64,000 bases of DNA from an uncultured Candidatus Saccharibacteria bacterium (GTDB lineage: Bacteria; Patescibacteriota; Minisyncoccia; Phycocordibacterales; UBA9973): positions 5,728-69,727 of the forward strand of contig CAZDGL010000003.1 in NCBI GenBank assembly GCA_964505155.1, written 5' to 3'. The notes under the pieces were generated by a model, which did not search any database, was not told where the DNA came from, and worked only from the letters and a program-made list of their open reading frames with translations. A program made the position numbers and the translations under genes. Positions within the stretch are counted from its first letter, which is position 1, and every line of letters begins with the position of its first letter. Shown piece after piece: positions 28,263 through 38,801 of this stretch.

Positions 28263-28983
28263 AAACAAAAGTATAAATTGGAAATTTATCATTTTTTTAA
28301 TCATCTGTTTTTTTATTTTTTGGTTTTTGTTTTCTTGGATTAGAAAGTTTAGGGGAATAAGCACCCCTGTTTATAGTGATGTAGTTTCTCTTGCTCTCGA
28401 GTCCAAACAGTCTTTGGTCAAAAAGGTCACAGCGCTTCAAAGCTCTCTTGATGCCCAAAGTGCCTCTCTTAGTACTCTCTCTAGTTTACAAAAAGAAAAT
28501 GAAGATTTAAAAAAAGAGCTCGGTAGAGAAGATCATGTCAGTGGAACATTGGCCAGAGTTGTTGTGCCACCAAATCGCTCTATTTATGACACACTCGTTT
28601 TAGATGTCGGAGAGAAGCACAATATCACTGTTGGGCAAAAAGTATACGCTTTTGGCGCTATAGCTCTTGGGACTATCTCTGAGGTCTCAGAAAATTCTTC
28701 TGTTGTGCTTTTGTATAGTTCTCCAAACAGAGAGACAGTCGGGTCTGTATCGGGAAGTGATTTAAATATTACACTCATCGGCCGAGGCTCTGGTGAATAC
28801 GAAGTTCGCATGCCTAGAGATATAGCCTTTAGTGAAGGAAGTGTGATCACAGACCAGTCTCTTGCACTGTACCCGATAGCAACTATCCAAAAGATAATCA
28901 CTGATCCCCGTGATCCATTCCAAAGACTCCTTGCCAAGGCACCAGTAAATTTGCAGACACTTAAGTGGGTAATAATTAAATAA
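28246..28983 (+). CDS. mreC: Rod shape-determining protein MreC
   Basis: TM, coiled coil (LQKENEDLKKEL) and beta domain; overlaps the mreB stop. Confidence 0.85.
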   Translation: MSQFRKNKSINWKFIIFLIICFFIFWFLFSWIRKFRGISTPVYSDVVSLALESKQSLVKKVTALQSSLDAQSASLSTLSSLQKENEDLKKELGREDHVSGTLARVVVPPNRSIYDTLVLDVGEKHNITVGQKVYAFGAIALGTISEVSENSSVVLLYSSPNRETVGSVSGSDLNITLIGRGSGEYEVRMPRDIAFSEGSVITDQSLALYPIATIQKIITDPRDPFQRLLAKAPVNLQTLKWVIIK

Positions 28984-29053
28984 AAACTAAGGTGATATTT
29001 TTCCTGCGGATGCCTACGCAGAGTCCTCGGTGCAAATATCACCTTAGTTTTTA
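28981..29053. repeat. REP/MITE-like element with 20-bp perfect inverted arms
   Basis: TAAAAACTAAGGTGATATTT ... AAATATCACCTTAGTTTTTA around a 33-nt GC-richer core. Confidence 0.75.
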
Positions 29054-29082
29054 TAGTTTCAAAATTATGGTAAGTTGTATTT

Positions 29083-30270
29083 ATGAAATTCTCTATTGAG
29101 AAAAAGTTAGAAGGTACTCTTGCGCGAGCGGGGATGATAGAAACCAAAAATGGAGTTATACAAACACCAGCTTTTGTGACTGTGGGGACAAAGGCAACAG
29201 TCAAGGCTTTGACCGCTGAGCAGATACGAAGCTTGGGAGCTCAGGTGGTGCTTGCCAACACTTATCACCTATATCTTCAGCCTGGCACTGACATTGTCGA
29301 AAAGGCTGGAGGCTTTGGTCCTTTTATGGATTGGCATGGTCCGACAATGACTGACTCTGGAGGTTTCCAAGCTTTTTCTCTGGGTGCTGCTTTTGGTACA
29401 GCCGTATCCAAGGTGGCTTCCGCTGATGCACCTGTTGAAGATATTTCGCTTACTGCAGGACAGCTTGCAAATGTAACTGATGAAGGTGTGACTTTCAAAA
29501 GCCATATTGATGGATCTATGCATCTATTTACACCAGAGAGTTCTATGGAAGCACAATGGTCTCTCGGTGCTGATATGATATTTGCTTTTGATGAATGTAC
29601 TAGCCCAACTGCTCCTTATGAATATCAAAAGAAATCTTTGGCTCGCACACATGAGTGGGCTAAGCGTTGTCTCTCAAGACACAATGAATTGGATATCGAA
29701 AATAAACAAGCATTATTTGGTGTTGTACAAGGTGGAAGACATCAAGATCTCCGTGAAGAAGCGGCAAGAACTATTGGCGCGCTCAATTTTGACGGTTTTG
29801 GTATCGGAGGCTCTTTTACCAAGGACGATATTGCGACTGCCGTTTCTTGGGTCAACAAAATATTGCCAGAAGATAAGCCAAGGCATTTGCTAGGAATAGG
29901 AGAACCTAGGGATCTTTTTGATGCAGTAGAAGCCGGATGTGATCTCTTTGACTGCATCGCTCCGACTCGTATGGGCAGGCACGGCACACTACACACTCAT
30001 GATGGTAGGCTCAATATCAGAAATGCAAAGTTTGTCGAAGATTTTTCCACTATAGAAAAAAACTGCACTTGCTATACATGTACTCATCATAGTCGTGCTT
30101 ATCTAGCTCATCTCTTTCGCGCAGATGAGATGACGGCTGCAACTTTGGCTTCCATTCACAATATTCATTTTATACTTAGACTTGTTGAACAGATGCGAGA
30201 GGCTATTTTGGACGGGACATTTCTAGAATTTAAAAAAGAATTTTGCTCTCGATACTATAAAGGAGTATAA
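29083..30270 (+). CDS. tgt: tRNA-guanine transglycosylase
   Basis: LANTYHL, TDSGGFQ, FGVVQGG, PRHLLG, zinc motif CTCYTC..H. Confidence 0.96.
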   Translation: MKFSIEKKLEGTLARAGMIETKNGVIQTPAFVTVGTKATVKALTAEQIRSLGAQVVLANTYHLYLQPGTDIVEKAGGFGPFMDWHGPTMTDSGGFQAFSLGAAFGTAVSKVASADAPVEDISLTAGQLANVTDEGVTFKSHIDGSMHLFTPESSMEAQWSLGADMIFAFDECTSPTAPYEYQKKSLARTHEWAKRCLSRHNELDIENKQALFGVVQGGRHQDLREEAARTIGALNFDGFGIGGSFTKDDIATAVSWVNKILPEDKPRHLLGIGEPRDLFDAVEAGCDLFDCIAPTRMGRHGTLHTHDGRLNIRNAKFVEDFSTIEKNCTCYTCTHHSRAYLAHLFRADEMTAATLASIHNIHFILRLVEQMREAILDGTFLEFKKEFCSRYYKGV

Positions 30271-30280
30271 TATTTATCAT

Positions 30281-30409
30281 ATGACACTTAGAAAAACCTT
30301 GATTTATTTTTTGATATTTACTTCTATCGCGTCTTTATTTGCTTATAAAATAATAGTTAAAGCTTACGGCAATGATTCTATGTACGATATAGAAAAGCTC
30401 AAAAGCTAG
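30281..30409 (+). CDS. Small (42 aa) single-TM protein below the ORF-track cutoff
   Basis: MTLRKTLIYFLIFTSIASLFAYKIIVKAYGNDSMYDIEKLKS*; fills the tgt-uvrB gap, with TATAAT just upstream. Confidence 0.5.
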   Translation: MTLRKTLIYFLIFTSIASLFAYKIIVKAYGNDSMYDIEKLKS

Positions 30410-30446
30410 CTTCCTAAGATAGTCTTTTGCTATTATACTGACTCTT

Positions 30447-32525
30447 ATGGATAAGTTTGAGCTTATTAGTGATTTTGCCCCCGGTGGAGATCAGCCTACT
30501 GCTATCAAGGGCTTACTTTCTGGTCTCAAAAAAGGGCTTAAAATGCAAACCCTTCTCGGAGCTACAGGAACAGGAAAGACTTTTACTATGGCCAATATCA
30601 TCGCCGAAGTGCAAAAGCCCACTCTTATCATCGCTCACAACAAAACCCTCGCCGCACAGCTCGCTAGTGAGTTCAAAAGCTTTTTTCCAAACAATGCCGT
30701 TCATTATTTTGTTTCTTATTATGATTACTACCAACCAGAAGCGTACTTACCAACAACTGATACTTATATAGAAAAAGATGCGCAGATCAACAAAGAGATA
30801 GATAGACTTCGCCATGCAACCACACAAAGCCTTTTGACTCGCAAAGATGTGATTATTGTTGCATCAGTATCATGTATTTATGGTCTTGGTTCTCCAATAG
30901 AGTATGAACGGGTGAATTTCAAAATAGAAAAAGGTATGACACTTTCTCGTACTGAAGCGATGCAAAGACTCATCGGTATTCACTATGAGCGTACAAATGC
31001 TGACCTTTCGCCAGCACAGTTTCGAGCGCTTGGAAATACAGTTGAAATAATGCCTGTTTCTGAGACAGTTCAGTATCGAGTCTTGTTCTCAGGCAACAAA
31101 GTAGAAGAAATATTAAAGATAGATCCAGTATCATCTCGCATTTTACAAGAAGAAGACCATGTGTTTATCTTCCCAGCCAAGCACTTCATCACCGCTGAAG
31201 ATCAAAAAGAAAAAGCAGTCAAAGCTATAGCCGATGAGTTAAAAGTTCAGCTCGCTTATTTTGAAAAAGAAGGCAAGCTCCTCGAAGCTGAACGTCTTAA
31301 ACGTCGCACTAGTTATGATATGGCGATGATCAAAGAGATGGGGTATTGTTCAGGGATAGAAAACTATTCTAGGTTACTCTCTGGCAAAAAAGCAGGCGAA
31401 CCACCAGAGACATTGCTTTCATATTTCCCACACTCTAAAAACGGGGAACCAGAATTTCTTTTGTTTATCGATGAGAGTCATGTGACTTTGCCACAACTCG
31501 GAGCTATGTACGCCGGAGACGCATCGCGCAAACAAACTCTTGTGGACTTTGGATTTCGCCTTCCTAGCGCCAAAGACAACAGACCACTTAAGTTTGAAGA
31601 GTTCAAAGAGCGTATCGGTCAGACTATTTTTGTTTCAGCTACACCAGGGAAAAACGAAGCCGAGCTAAGCGAACAAACAGTAGAGCAAATCATTCGCCCA
31701 ACAGGACTTGTTGACCCAGAAGTTGTTGTGCGCCCTATTCTTGAAGATGGAGACTACCAAGGGCAAGTTCAAGATTTTATCAACGAATCTGTTGCTGAGA
31801 TCAAAAAAGGTGGTCGAGTACTAGCGACTACTTTAACCAAAAAAATGGCTGAAGATTTGTCAGCCTATCTTAAGGATAAAGGGGTCAAAGCTGAATACAT
31901 GCACAGTGATATCAAGACGATAGAGCGCATACAAATCATCACTAAGTTTCGTAAAGGAGCCTTTGATGTGCTTGTTGGGGTCAACTTGCTTCGAGAAGGA
32001 CTCGATATGCCGGAAGTTTCTCTCATCGGTATACTTGATGCTGACAAAGAAGGCTTTTTGCGTAGTGAAGTCTCTCTTATTCAGACTATCGGTCGTGCTG
32101 CACGCAATGCCAATGGCCGAGTGATTCTTTACGCTGATCAGATAACAGGTTCCATGGAGCGAGCTATGGGAGAGACTAAGCGTCGTCGTGATGTGCAACT
32201 TGCCTACAACAAAAAACACGGTATCACTCCGATGACTATTTCAAAAGCTATCAATGACATCACTCAAGGCATGGAAAGTGATCACTCAAAAGCTGTGAAT
32301 GCAGAGCTTGCTCTCGATATGGAAATATTTAAAGCGATTGAACAAGGAAGTAAGAGAAGCTCGCCCCGCAGTAGGCGTGGGAAAAATCCTATTGAGAAAT
32401 TGATAGCTCTCAAAGAAGCTGAAATGAAAGAGGCAGTAAAAGTCTTAGACTTTGAAACAGCAGCAATATTAAGAGATGAAATCGGAGTACTCAAAGAAAA
32501 AACTTATATAAATCCAGAAAAATAA
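30447..32525 (+). CDS. uvrB: Excinuclease ABC subunit B
   Basis: GATGTGKT, YYDYYQPEAY, DESH, INLLREGLD-like motif, C-terminal UVR domain. Confidence 0.98.
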   Translation: MDKFELISDFAPGGDQPTAIKGLLSGLKKGLKMQTLLGATGTGKTFTMANIIAEVQKPTLIIAHNKTLAAQLASEFKSFFPNNAVHYFVSYYDYYQPEAYLPTTDTYIEKDAQINKEIDRLRHATTQSLLTRKDVIIVASVSCIYGLGSPIEYERVNFKIEKGMTLSRTEAMQRLIGIHYERTNADLSPAQFRALGNTVEIMPVSETVQYRVLFSGNKVEEILKIDPVSSRILQEEDHVFIFPAKHFITAEDQKEKAVKAIADELKVQLAYFEKEGKLLEAERLKRRTSYDMAMIKEMGYCSGIENYSRLLSGKKAGEPPETLLSYFPHSKNGEPEFLLFIDESHVTLPQLGAMYAGDASRKQTLVDFGFRLPSAKDNRPLKFEEFKERIGQTIFVSATPGKNEAELSEQTVEQIIRPTGLVDPEVVVRPILEDGDYQGQVQDFINESVAEIKKGGRVLATTLTKKMAEDLSAYLKDKGVKAEYMHSDIKTIERIQIITKFRKGAFDVLVGVNLLREGLDMPEVSLIGILDADKEGFLRSEVSLIQTIGRAARNANGRVILYADQITGSMERAMGETKRRRDVQLAYNKKHGITPMTISKAINDITQGMESDHSKAVNAELALDMEIFKAIEQGSKRSSPRSRRGKNPIEKLIALKEAEMKEAVKVLDFETAAILRDEIGVLKEKTYINPEK

Positions 32526-32770
32526 AAACCGAAAATATCGGTTTTTAGGAGGCGATTAGAAGTTTTTCTTCATTTACTTATAAGAGAAAAACTAATAAAA
32601 ACATAACCGTTTACAATACTGTTTACTTTGTTTTTACATATAACTCTTGTGTGCCGTATTTGCAGAGCTATTAACTGGTTTTTATTTTTAAACTAAGCAA
32701 ACCAAGATATCTTAGTCATCCCCAAAGATTTACTTTATTTGGAGAACCATAAATTTAAAATTCGCCTCCT
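32524..32770 (-). ncRNA. Candidate ~225-nt structured RNA with a closing stem and terminator
   Basis: AGGAGGCGA (32547) / TCGCCTCCT (32762) inverted ends, internal hairpins, terminator at 32524-32546, no ORF >=60 aa. Confidence 0.35.
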
Positions 32771-32786
32771 TCTGTTAGATTTTATA

Positions 32787-33758
32787 CTACCTTCTTTTTA
32801 AAAGATAGTCCAAACTCCAAGGACCGGCGCCGGTGATAAATAGGGCAGAGAGCACGCCAAAGAGTGTGACGTGTGAGTAGACCTCTTCTTTGAAGAAGAA
32901 AAATGTAGTCATAAGTACTACAAATGCCACAGCAGTTACAAGACGAGTTTGAAATCCGATAAGGATGAAGAGTCCAACAGCGAGTTCTATCATTCCGACA
33001 GCAAAGACCCACATAGCTGCTCCGACTGGGATGATATTGTCGAGTCCGTATTTGACGACAACAAGATCAGAAACATGAGGGTTCAATACTTTTTCATAAA
33101 GAGATAAAAAGACAAGAGCGCCTCCGATACCAAGACGAAGTAAGAGTGGGACGTATTTTTTGAATCTATCTGTTTTGATATGTGGCACGCCAAAGAGATC
33201 ATCAAGTCCAGGACGCATACTTCCTAAAATAAGCAGAGAGATAAGTGCTGAGGCTAGTTCTAGATTGCCAGCGATATAAAAGCTTTGTGAAAGCGCTACC
33301 ACGTAAAGCACTAAGGCGATTATTGCGCTCGGTACAACCAAAAATCCAGCCAAGAGTGCAAATCCTACTATCAGTTGTATGGCAGAAAATGCTCCAACCT
33401 GCAAAACGGGTGAGATAAGTACGTGTGCAACTGATGCACCTATCAAAGCTATTCCCAAAGATAGTCGCAAAATCCAAGGCACGTATTCGTCATATGTATC
33501 AAGGCGAGCTCTTAGAGCAATGATACGGTTGCGAATAGGTTTTATTTTCCAAGCTAGAAAATAAAGTACAAACACTCCTACCAAGGTAGCAAGTATCATC
33601 AAAATATTGTTTTTATTTGAAAGGGGAGAAAAAAAGTATGAACTATCACGGCCTAGACTTGCACTAAAGTCTGATTGCCCGACTACGTACCCGACATGAG
33701 CATAAGCTTTGCTAGTAAAATTACTAAAGATTGAAAGTAACAAAAAAATAATATTCAT
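32787..33758 (-). CDS. DoxX-family multi-TM membrane protein (two DoxX-like repeats)
   Basis: ILRLSLG and LLRLGIG; ELAVGLFILIGFQTR; GAGPWSLD. Start moved to 33758 to remove overlap with uvrA. Confidence 0.85.
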   Translation of the reverse strand: MNIIFLLLSIFSNFTSKAYAHVGYVVGQSDFSASLGRDSSYFFSPLSNKNNILMILATLVGVFVLYFLAWKIKPIRNRIIALRARLDTYDEYVPWILRLSLGIALIGASVAHVLISPVLQVGAFSAIQLIVGFALLAGFLVVPSAIIALVLYVVALSQSFYIAGNLELASALISLLILGSMRPGLDDLFGVPHIKTDRFKKYVPLLLRLGIGGALVFLSLYEKVLNPHVSDLVVVKYGLDNIIPVGAAMWVFAVGMIELAVGLFILIGFQTRLVTAVAFVVLMTTFFFFKEEVYSHVTLFGVLSALFITGAGPWSLDYLLKRR

Positions 33759-33810
33759 ATGTTTTAGTATATAACGCTTTAGCTTAAATATGCTACAATC
33801 GCTTATATTT

Positions 33811-36456
33811 ATGAAGAAAGAGAGCCAAAAAAAAGAAGAAACACAAGGGCTTATTGTAGTTAAAGGGGCTCGGACCCATAACCTCAAAAATGTCTCTGTC
33901 GAAATGCCGAGAGGTAAGATGATTGCTATTACTGGACTCTCTGGTAGTGGCAAGAGTTCTTTGGCTTTCGATACTATTTTTGCTGAAGGACAGCGTCGTT
34001 ATGTGGAGAGCCTATCTTCATATGCAAGGCAATTTTTGAATCAAATGCCCAAGCCTGATGTGGACGAAATCTCTGGTCTTTCACCAGCTATTTCTATCGA
34101 TCAAAAGTCTCGCTCCAACAACCCTCGATCTACTGTTGCGACCATCACTGAGATGTATGACTACATGCGTGTTCTTTATGCACGTGTCGGCAAGGCGTAT
34201 TGTCCGGTTTGCGGCACTCTTATCCAAAAACTCTCTCCAGAAGAAATCAACACTTTTATTCTTGGAAAGATTAAAGATTTTTCTAAAAAGAAAAATCCGC
34301 CAGCTGGAGGAAAATCTGTTATGGGAGTTTCTTGGAATGACACTCGCATCCAAATCTACGCTCCTATTGTTCGTGGAAGAAAAGGTGAATACTACCAACT
34401 CCTTTATGATCTTATCGGTAAAGGCTTTAGTACTGTGCGCATCGATGGCAAGATTCACAAACTTCGAGAGCGTATAGAGCTCAAGAAAAATGATAAGCAC
34501 ACTATCGAAGTCTTGGTAGACGAACTTGCAGTACATGAATTCAAAGACAGCCCTAGAGATGCCGAGCTTCGCCTTTTTGAAGCAACAGAGCGAGCGCTCC
34601 TAGAAGCTGATGGCTTGGTACAGGTAGTCTTTGGTGTTTCCGAAGACTTTGATATGCAGACAGAACCTCTTCAAGAGTTTTTGATGTCTTCCAAGTTTTC
34701 TTGTCCAAATGATGGATATTCTTTCCCTGAAATAGAGCCAAGACTATTTTCTTTCAACTCTCCTTATGGAGCTTGTCCAGAGTGTAATGGTATCGGAACT
34801 AAGTTCTTCGGTGGGACTGAAGCATGTGAAGTCTGTGGTGGCAAAAGACTTCGTCCAGAAGCATTAAATGTATTTCTAGATTCTGGTAAAAAGAAAACCA
34901 ATATAGTTGATCTGACTTCTTTTTCTGTTGAAGAAGCATTTGAATTTTTTGGATCTCTTAAACTCTCTGCCAAAGACATGGAGGTTGCCAAAGCCGTACT
35001 TAAAGAAATAGAAGACCGACTCAACTTTTTATTAAATGTGGGGCTCAACTACTTGGCTTTATCTCGTACCGCCAACACTCTCTCTGGAGGAGAAGCACAA
35101 CGTATCAGACTAGCCTCACAGCTCGGTTCTCGCCTTGTCGGAGCGATGTATGTACTGGACGAGCCAACTATTGGACTTCATCAAAGAGACAATGAAAGAT
35201 TGATTCGTACTTTGGAAGATCTGCGTGATGTCGGCAATACTATCTTGGTTGTTGAGCACGATGAAGATACCATTTATGCTTCTGATTATTTGGTAGATAT
35301 TGGTCCTGGTGCTGGGGTTCATGGTGGGCAAGTTATAGTCTCAGGCTATCTAGACAAACTTCTTTCTGCCAAGAAAAACGAAAGTGGCTCTCGTACACTT
35401 GCTTATTTGCGCAAAGAAGAAGAGATAGAGACACCAGAGAAACGTCGTGATGTAGATAAAGGCATGCTCAAGATAGTTGGAGCAAATCTTCACAACATTC
35501 ACAATCAAAACATCGATGTGCCACTTGGTAAAATGGTTTGTATCACCGGAGTCTCTGGTAGTGGCAAGAGTACATTTCTTTATGAAATTCTTTATAAGAA
35601 TCTTCAAGCTCGTTTTGAACGCAAGCTTCGTAGTGCCAAAGTTTACAACTGTGCATCTTTTACTGGTACTGAGTATCTCGCTCGCGCTATTATGATAGAT
35701 CAGTCGCCAATAGGTCGCACTCCGAGAAGCAACATTGCAACTTACACCGGAGCCTTCACTCATATCCGAGATATCTTTGCTCAAACAGAAGAAGCTAGAC
35801 TACGTGGCTGGAAGGTCAATAGATTTTCTTTTAATGTCAAAGGTGGCAGGTGTGAAGCTTGTGAAGGTAATGGCGAGATAGCTGTAGAGATGCACTTTTT
35901 GCCGACCGTGTATGTGACTTGTGATGTTTGTGGTGGAAAACGTTTTGACAAAGAAACTTTGACAGTCAAATACAAACGTAAAAATATTTACGATGTTCTT
36001 CAGATGTCTGTTGAAGAAGGTTTGGAGTTTTTTGCTGATATTCCTGCTGTTTACGATAGACTTAAGACTCTCTCTGAAGTAGGGCTCGGTTATGTGAAGC
36101 TTGGTCAAAGCGCGACCACTCTCTCAGGTGGAGAAGCACAGCGTGTTAAAATTGCCTCAGAACTTTATCGTCCATATCTCGAAAAGACTATCTACCTACT
36201 TGATGAACCAACTGTTGGGCTACACTATGATGATGTTAAAAATCTTATAGGAGTTTTAAACAGGCTTGTCGCCAAAGGCAACACTGTTGTTGTGATCGAA
36301 CACAACCTCGACCTTATCAAATGTGCTGATCATCTTATAGACTTTGGTCCCGAAGGGGGGATAGCAGGAGGCAAAATAATTGCCAAAGGTACCCCAGAAG
36401 AAGTCGCAAACAATAAACACAGTTTTACAGGAGAGTATTTAAAAAAGATTTTATAA
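33811..36456 (+). CDS. uvrA: Excinuclease ABC subunit A
   Basis: GLSGSGKS and GVSGSGKS Walker A motifs, two LSGGEAQR signatures, Cys zinc fingers. Confidence 0.98.
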   Translation: MKKESQKKEETQGLIVVKGARTHNLKNVSVEMPRGKMIAITGLSGSGKSSLAFDTIFAEGQRRYVESLSSYARQFLNQMPKPDVDEISGLSPAISIDQKSRSNNPRSTVATITEMYDYMRVLYARVGKAYCPVCGTLIQKLSPEEINTFILGKIKDFSKKKNPPAGGKSVMGVSWNDTRIQIYAPIVRGRKGEYYQLLYDLIGKGFSTVRIDGKIHKLRERIELKKNDKHTIEVLVDELAVHEFKDSPRDAELRLFEATERALLEADGLVQVVFGVSEDFDMQTEPLQEFLMSSKFSCPNDGYSFPEIEPRLFSFNSPYGACPECNGIGTKFFGGTEACEVCGGKRLRPEALNVFLDSGKKKTNIVDLTSFSVEEAFEFFGSLKLSAKDMEVAKAVLKEIEDRLNFLLNVGLNYLALSRTANTLSGGEAQRIRLASQLGSRLVGAMYVLDEPTIGLHQRDNERLIRTLEDLRDVGNTILVVEHDEDTIYASDYLVDIGPGAGVHGGQVIVSGYLDKLLSAKKNESGSRTLAYLRKEEEIETPEKRRDVDKGMLKIVGANLHNIHNQNIDVPLGKMVCITGVSGSGKSTFLYEILYKNLQARFERKLRSAKVYNCASFTGTEYLARAIMIDQSPIGRTPRSNIATYTGAFTHIRDIFAQTEEARLRGWKVNRFSFNVKGGRCEACEGNGEIAVEMHFLPTVYVTCDVCGGKRFDKETLTVKYKRKNIYDVLQMSVEEGLEFFADIPAVYDRLKTLSEVGLGYVKLGQSATTLSGGEAQRVKIASELYRPYLEKTIYLLDEPTVGLHYDDVKNLIGVLNRLVAKGNTVVVIEHNLDLIKCADHLIDFGPEGGIAGGKIIAKGTPEEVANNKHSFTGEYLKKIL

Positions 36457-37314
36457 ATGATTTCAAAAGAAGTTTTATCAAGAGCCAAAGCAATAACCAA
36501 GCTTTATGGCCGAGGATTTTATCGGGCTTCTTTTTTGTTTCCCAAAAAGACAAGAGAAGCTACTTGGGTGCTTTATGCTTTTGTGCGCATACCGGACGAG
36601 ATGGTAGATAGTGAACCTGACAAAAGCGTCGCCAAAGCTAGTTTAGAAAAATGGATGGTAGATTGGGAAAAGGTAGTAAGAGGATCAAAAGAGCAAAGTG
36701 TAGATCCTATACTTTTTGCTGCCAAAGAAGTTTTTGATGAATATAAGATAGATATCAAATACAGTTATGATTTTTTCTCATCAATGCATCAAGATTTAGA
36801 AACTACTAGATATCATTCTTATAAAGAACTAGAGAGTTATATGTATGGCTCCGCAAGTGTTATCGGCATTATGATGAGCCACATCATCGGTTTTAAACAA
36901 GGCGCTTTGCCTTATGCTAAAAGCTTAGGAGAAGCTTTTCAGCTCATCAACTTTTTACGCGACACACAAGATGATTATAGAACTCGTGGAAGAATCTATA
37001 TACCAAAGGAAGATATGGATAGGTTTGGTGTCTCAGAAGATCATATAAAAAACAGTATTAACGATAGCGCGTGGAAAGCCCTGATGAGTTTTGAGGTTGC
37101 TAGAGCAAAAGGTTTACTTGAAGAAGGAAGAAAAGGTATACCACTTTTAAATGGAAGAGGACAAAAGGCTGTATATGCGTCATATCTTATATATAAAAAG
37201 CTTTTGGAAGAAATAGAACGCTTGGATTATGACACTTTTTCAAGACGTGTTGTTATTAGTCCGCTTGATAAGACAATGCTATTATTGAAAGCACTATGGA
37301 ACAAAAGTCTGTAA
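36457..37314 (+). CDS. crtB: Phytoene/squalene synthase
   Basis: LYAFVRIPDEMVD, Y..YMYGSASVIG, LGEAFQLINFLRD..D...GRIYIP; ATG abuts the uvrA stop. Confidence 0.9.
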   Translation: MISKEVLSRAKAITKLYGRGFYRASFLFPKKTREATWVLYAFVRIPDEMVDSEPDKSVAKASLEKWMVDWEKVVRGSKEQSVDPILFAAKEVFDEYKIDIKYSYDFFSSMHQDLETTRYHSYKELESYMYGSASVIGIMMSHIIGFKQGALPYAKSLGEAFQLINFLRDTQDDYRTRGRIYIPKEDMDRFGVSEDHIKNSINDSAWKALMSFEVARAKGLLEEGRKGIPLLNGRGQKAVYASYLIYKKLLEEIERLDYDTFSRRVVISPLDKTMLLLKALWNKSL

Positions 37315-38801
37315 TCATAATAGGAGCAGGTATAGGAGGCTTGGCTTTGGCCGGCATGCTTGGAAAAGCTGGTTACAAAGTTACAATCATAGAAAAAAAC
37401 GAAATGGTTGGTGGGCGTGCGCGTATATTTTCTGACAAAGGATTTATGTTTGATATGGGTCCAAGCTGGTACATGATGCCGGATGTCTTTGAACACTTTT
37501 TTGAAATAATGTCTGAGGATATAAAGAGTCACTATCATTTAGAAAGACTTTCTCCCTCTTATCAGATAACCCTCAAGAGCGATGGGAAGAGTTATAAGTT
37601 TTATTCTGATATGACTAAAAACAAAGCTCTTTTTGAAAGCATCGAATCAGGAGCAGGCGAAGTGCTTGAGAAGTTTTTGGCTGAAACAAAATGGCAATAC
37701 GAACTTTCAAAGAGCGAGTTTATGTACAAAAACTACAACTCTGTTCGTGACTTTATGACTCTTAGGATTATGCGTCAGGGCGCCAAGCTTCCTCTTTTTA
37801 AAAAACAAAAACAAATCATCGAAAAGAAATTTAAAAGTGAAATTCTTCGTAAGGCTCTTCAGTATCAAACAGTGCTTCTCGGTACTGCTCCAGGAGATAC
37901 GCCTGGGATTTATACTCTGATGAACTATGTCGACCTTGTTCTCGGTGAATGGTACCCATCGGGTGGCATCAGAGCTATCCCAAACTCTCTCGAAAAAATT
38001 GCCAAAAAGTACGGGGCAGAAATAATACTAAACACACCAGTCAAAGAAATATTGGTTCAAAACAACCTCGCAAAAGGTGTGCTTTTGGAAAATGGCCATA
38101 CTTTAAACGCAGATATCGTTGTTTCTAATGCAGACATTTGGCATACCGATACAAAGCTTCTTCCTCAAGCATTTCGTACCAAGAGCGACAAATACTGGAA
38201 CTCACGCGTTTTGGCGCCGAGCGCATTTATTATCTATCTCGGAGTCAAAGGTAAGCTTCCACAAATGGAGCATCACAATCTTCTTTTTACCAAAAATTGG
38301 GAAGAGGGCTTTGGTCAAATATTCAAACATCCTGAGTGGCCTCATGACCCTTCTATGTATATCTGTGTTCCAAGTAAAACAGATCTATCTGTCGCTCCTA
38401 TTGGTGATGAAAATCTTTTTGTGTTAGTTCCTATAGCTTCAGGGCTTGAGTATACAGAAGACTTTGCCAAAGAATACGGAGATAAAGTCCTTGGTGAAAT
38501 AGCGCAGTATTACAACATCCCCGATCTTAAAGAGCGCATCGTTGTGAGGCACCACTACAGCGTCAAAGACTTTATGGCTGATTACAATGCTTTCAAAGGC
38601 ACAGCACTCGGGCTTGCGCATACACTCACACAAACCGCTATTTTCCGTCCCAACAATGTCCATCCTAAAATCAAAAATATGTACTATGTCGGAGCGGGAA
38701 CAAATCCAGGTATTGGTATGCCTATATGTCTCATTTCAGCCGAGCTTGCATATAAGCGTATAGAAAATATTACCCACCCATTTCCGCTTGAGAAAATATA
38801 A
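37296..38801 (+). CDS. crtI: Phytoene desaturase family
   Basis: IIGAGIGGL, FDMGPSWY, GTALGLAHTLTQTAIFRP, YYVGAGTNPGIGMP. Confidence 0.92.
   Translation: MEQKSVIIIGAGIGGLALAGMLGKAGYKVTIIEKNEMVGGRARIFSDKGFMFDMGPSWYMMPDVFEHFFEIMSEDIKSHYHLERLSPSYQITLKSDGKSYKFYSDMTKNKALFESIESGAGEVLEKFLAETKWQYELSKSEFMYKNYNSVRDFMTLRIMRQGAKLPLFKKQKQIIEKKFKSEILRKALQYQTVLLGTAPGDTPGIYTLMNYVDLVLGEWYPSGGIRAIPNSLEKIAKKYGAEIILNTPVKEILVQNNLAKGVLLENGHTLNADIVVSNADIWHTDTKLLPQAFRTKSDKYWNSRVLAPSAFIIYLGVKGKLPQMEHHNLLFTKNWEEGFGQIFKHPEWPHDPSMYICVPSKTDLSVAPIGDENLFVLVPIASGLEYTEDFAKEYGDKVLGEIAQYYNIPDLKERIVVRHHYSVKDFMADYNAFKGTALGLAHTLTQTAIFRPNNVHPKIKNMYYVGAGTNPGIGMPICLISAELAYKRIENITHPFPLEKI

Noticed and set aside
32547-32770. tmRNA (GGAGGCGA/TCGCCTCC ends look similar)
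   Set aside because: No TCGAC 5' motif, T arm, CCA end or tag reading frame.
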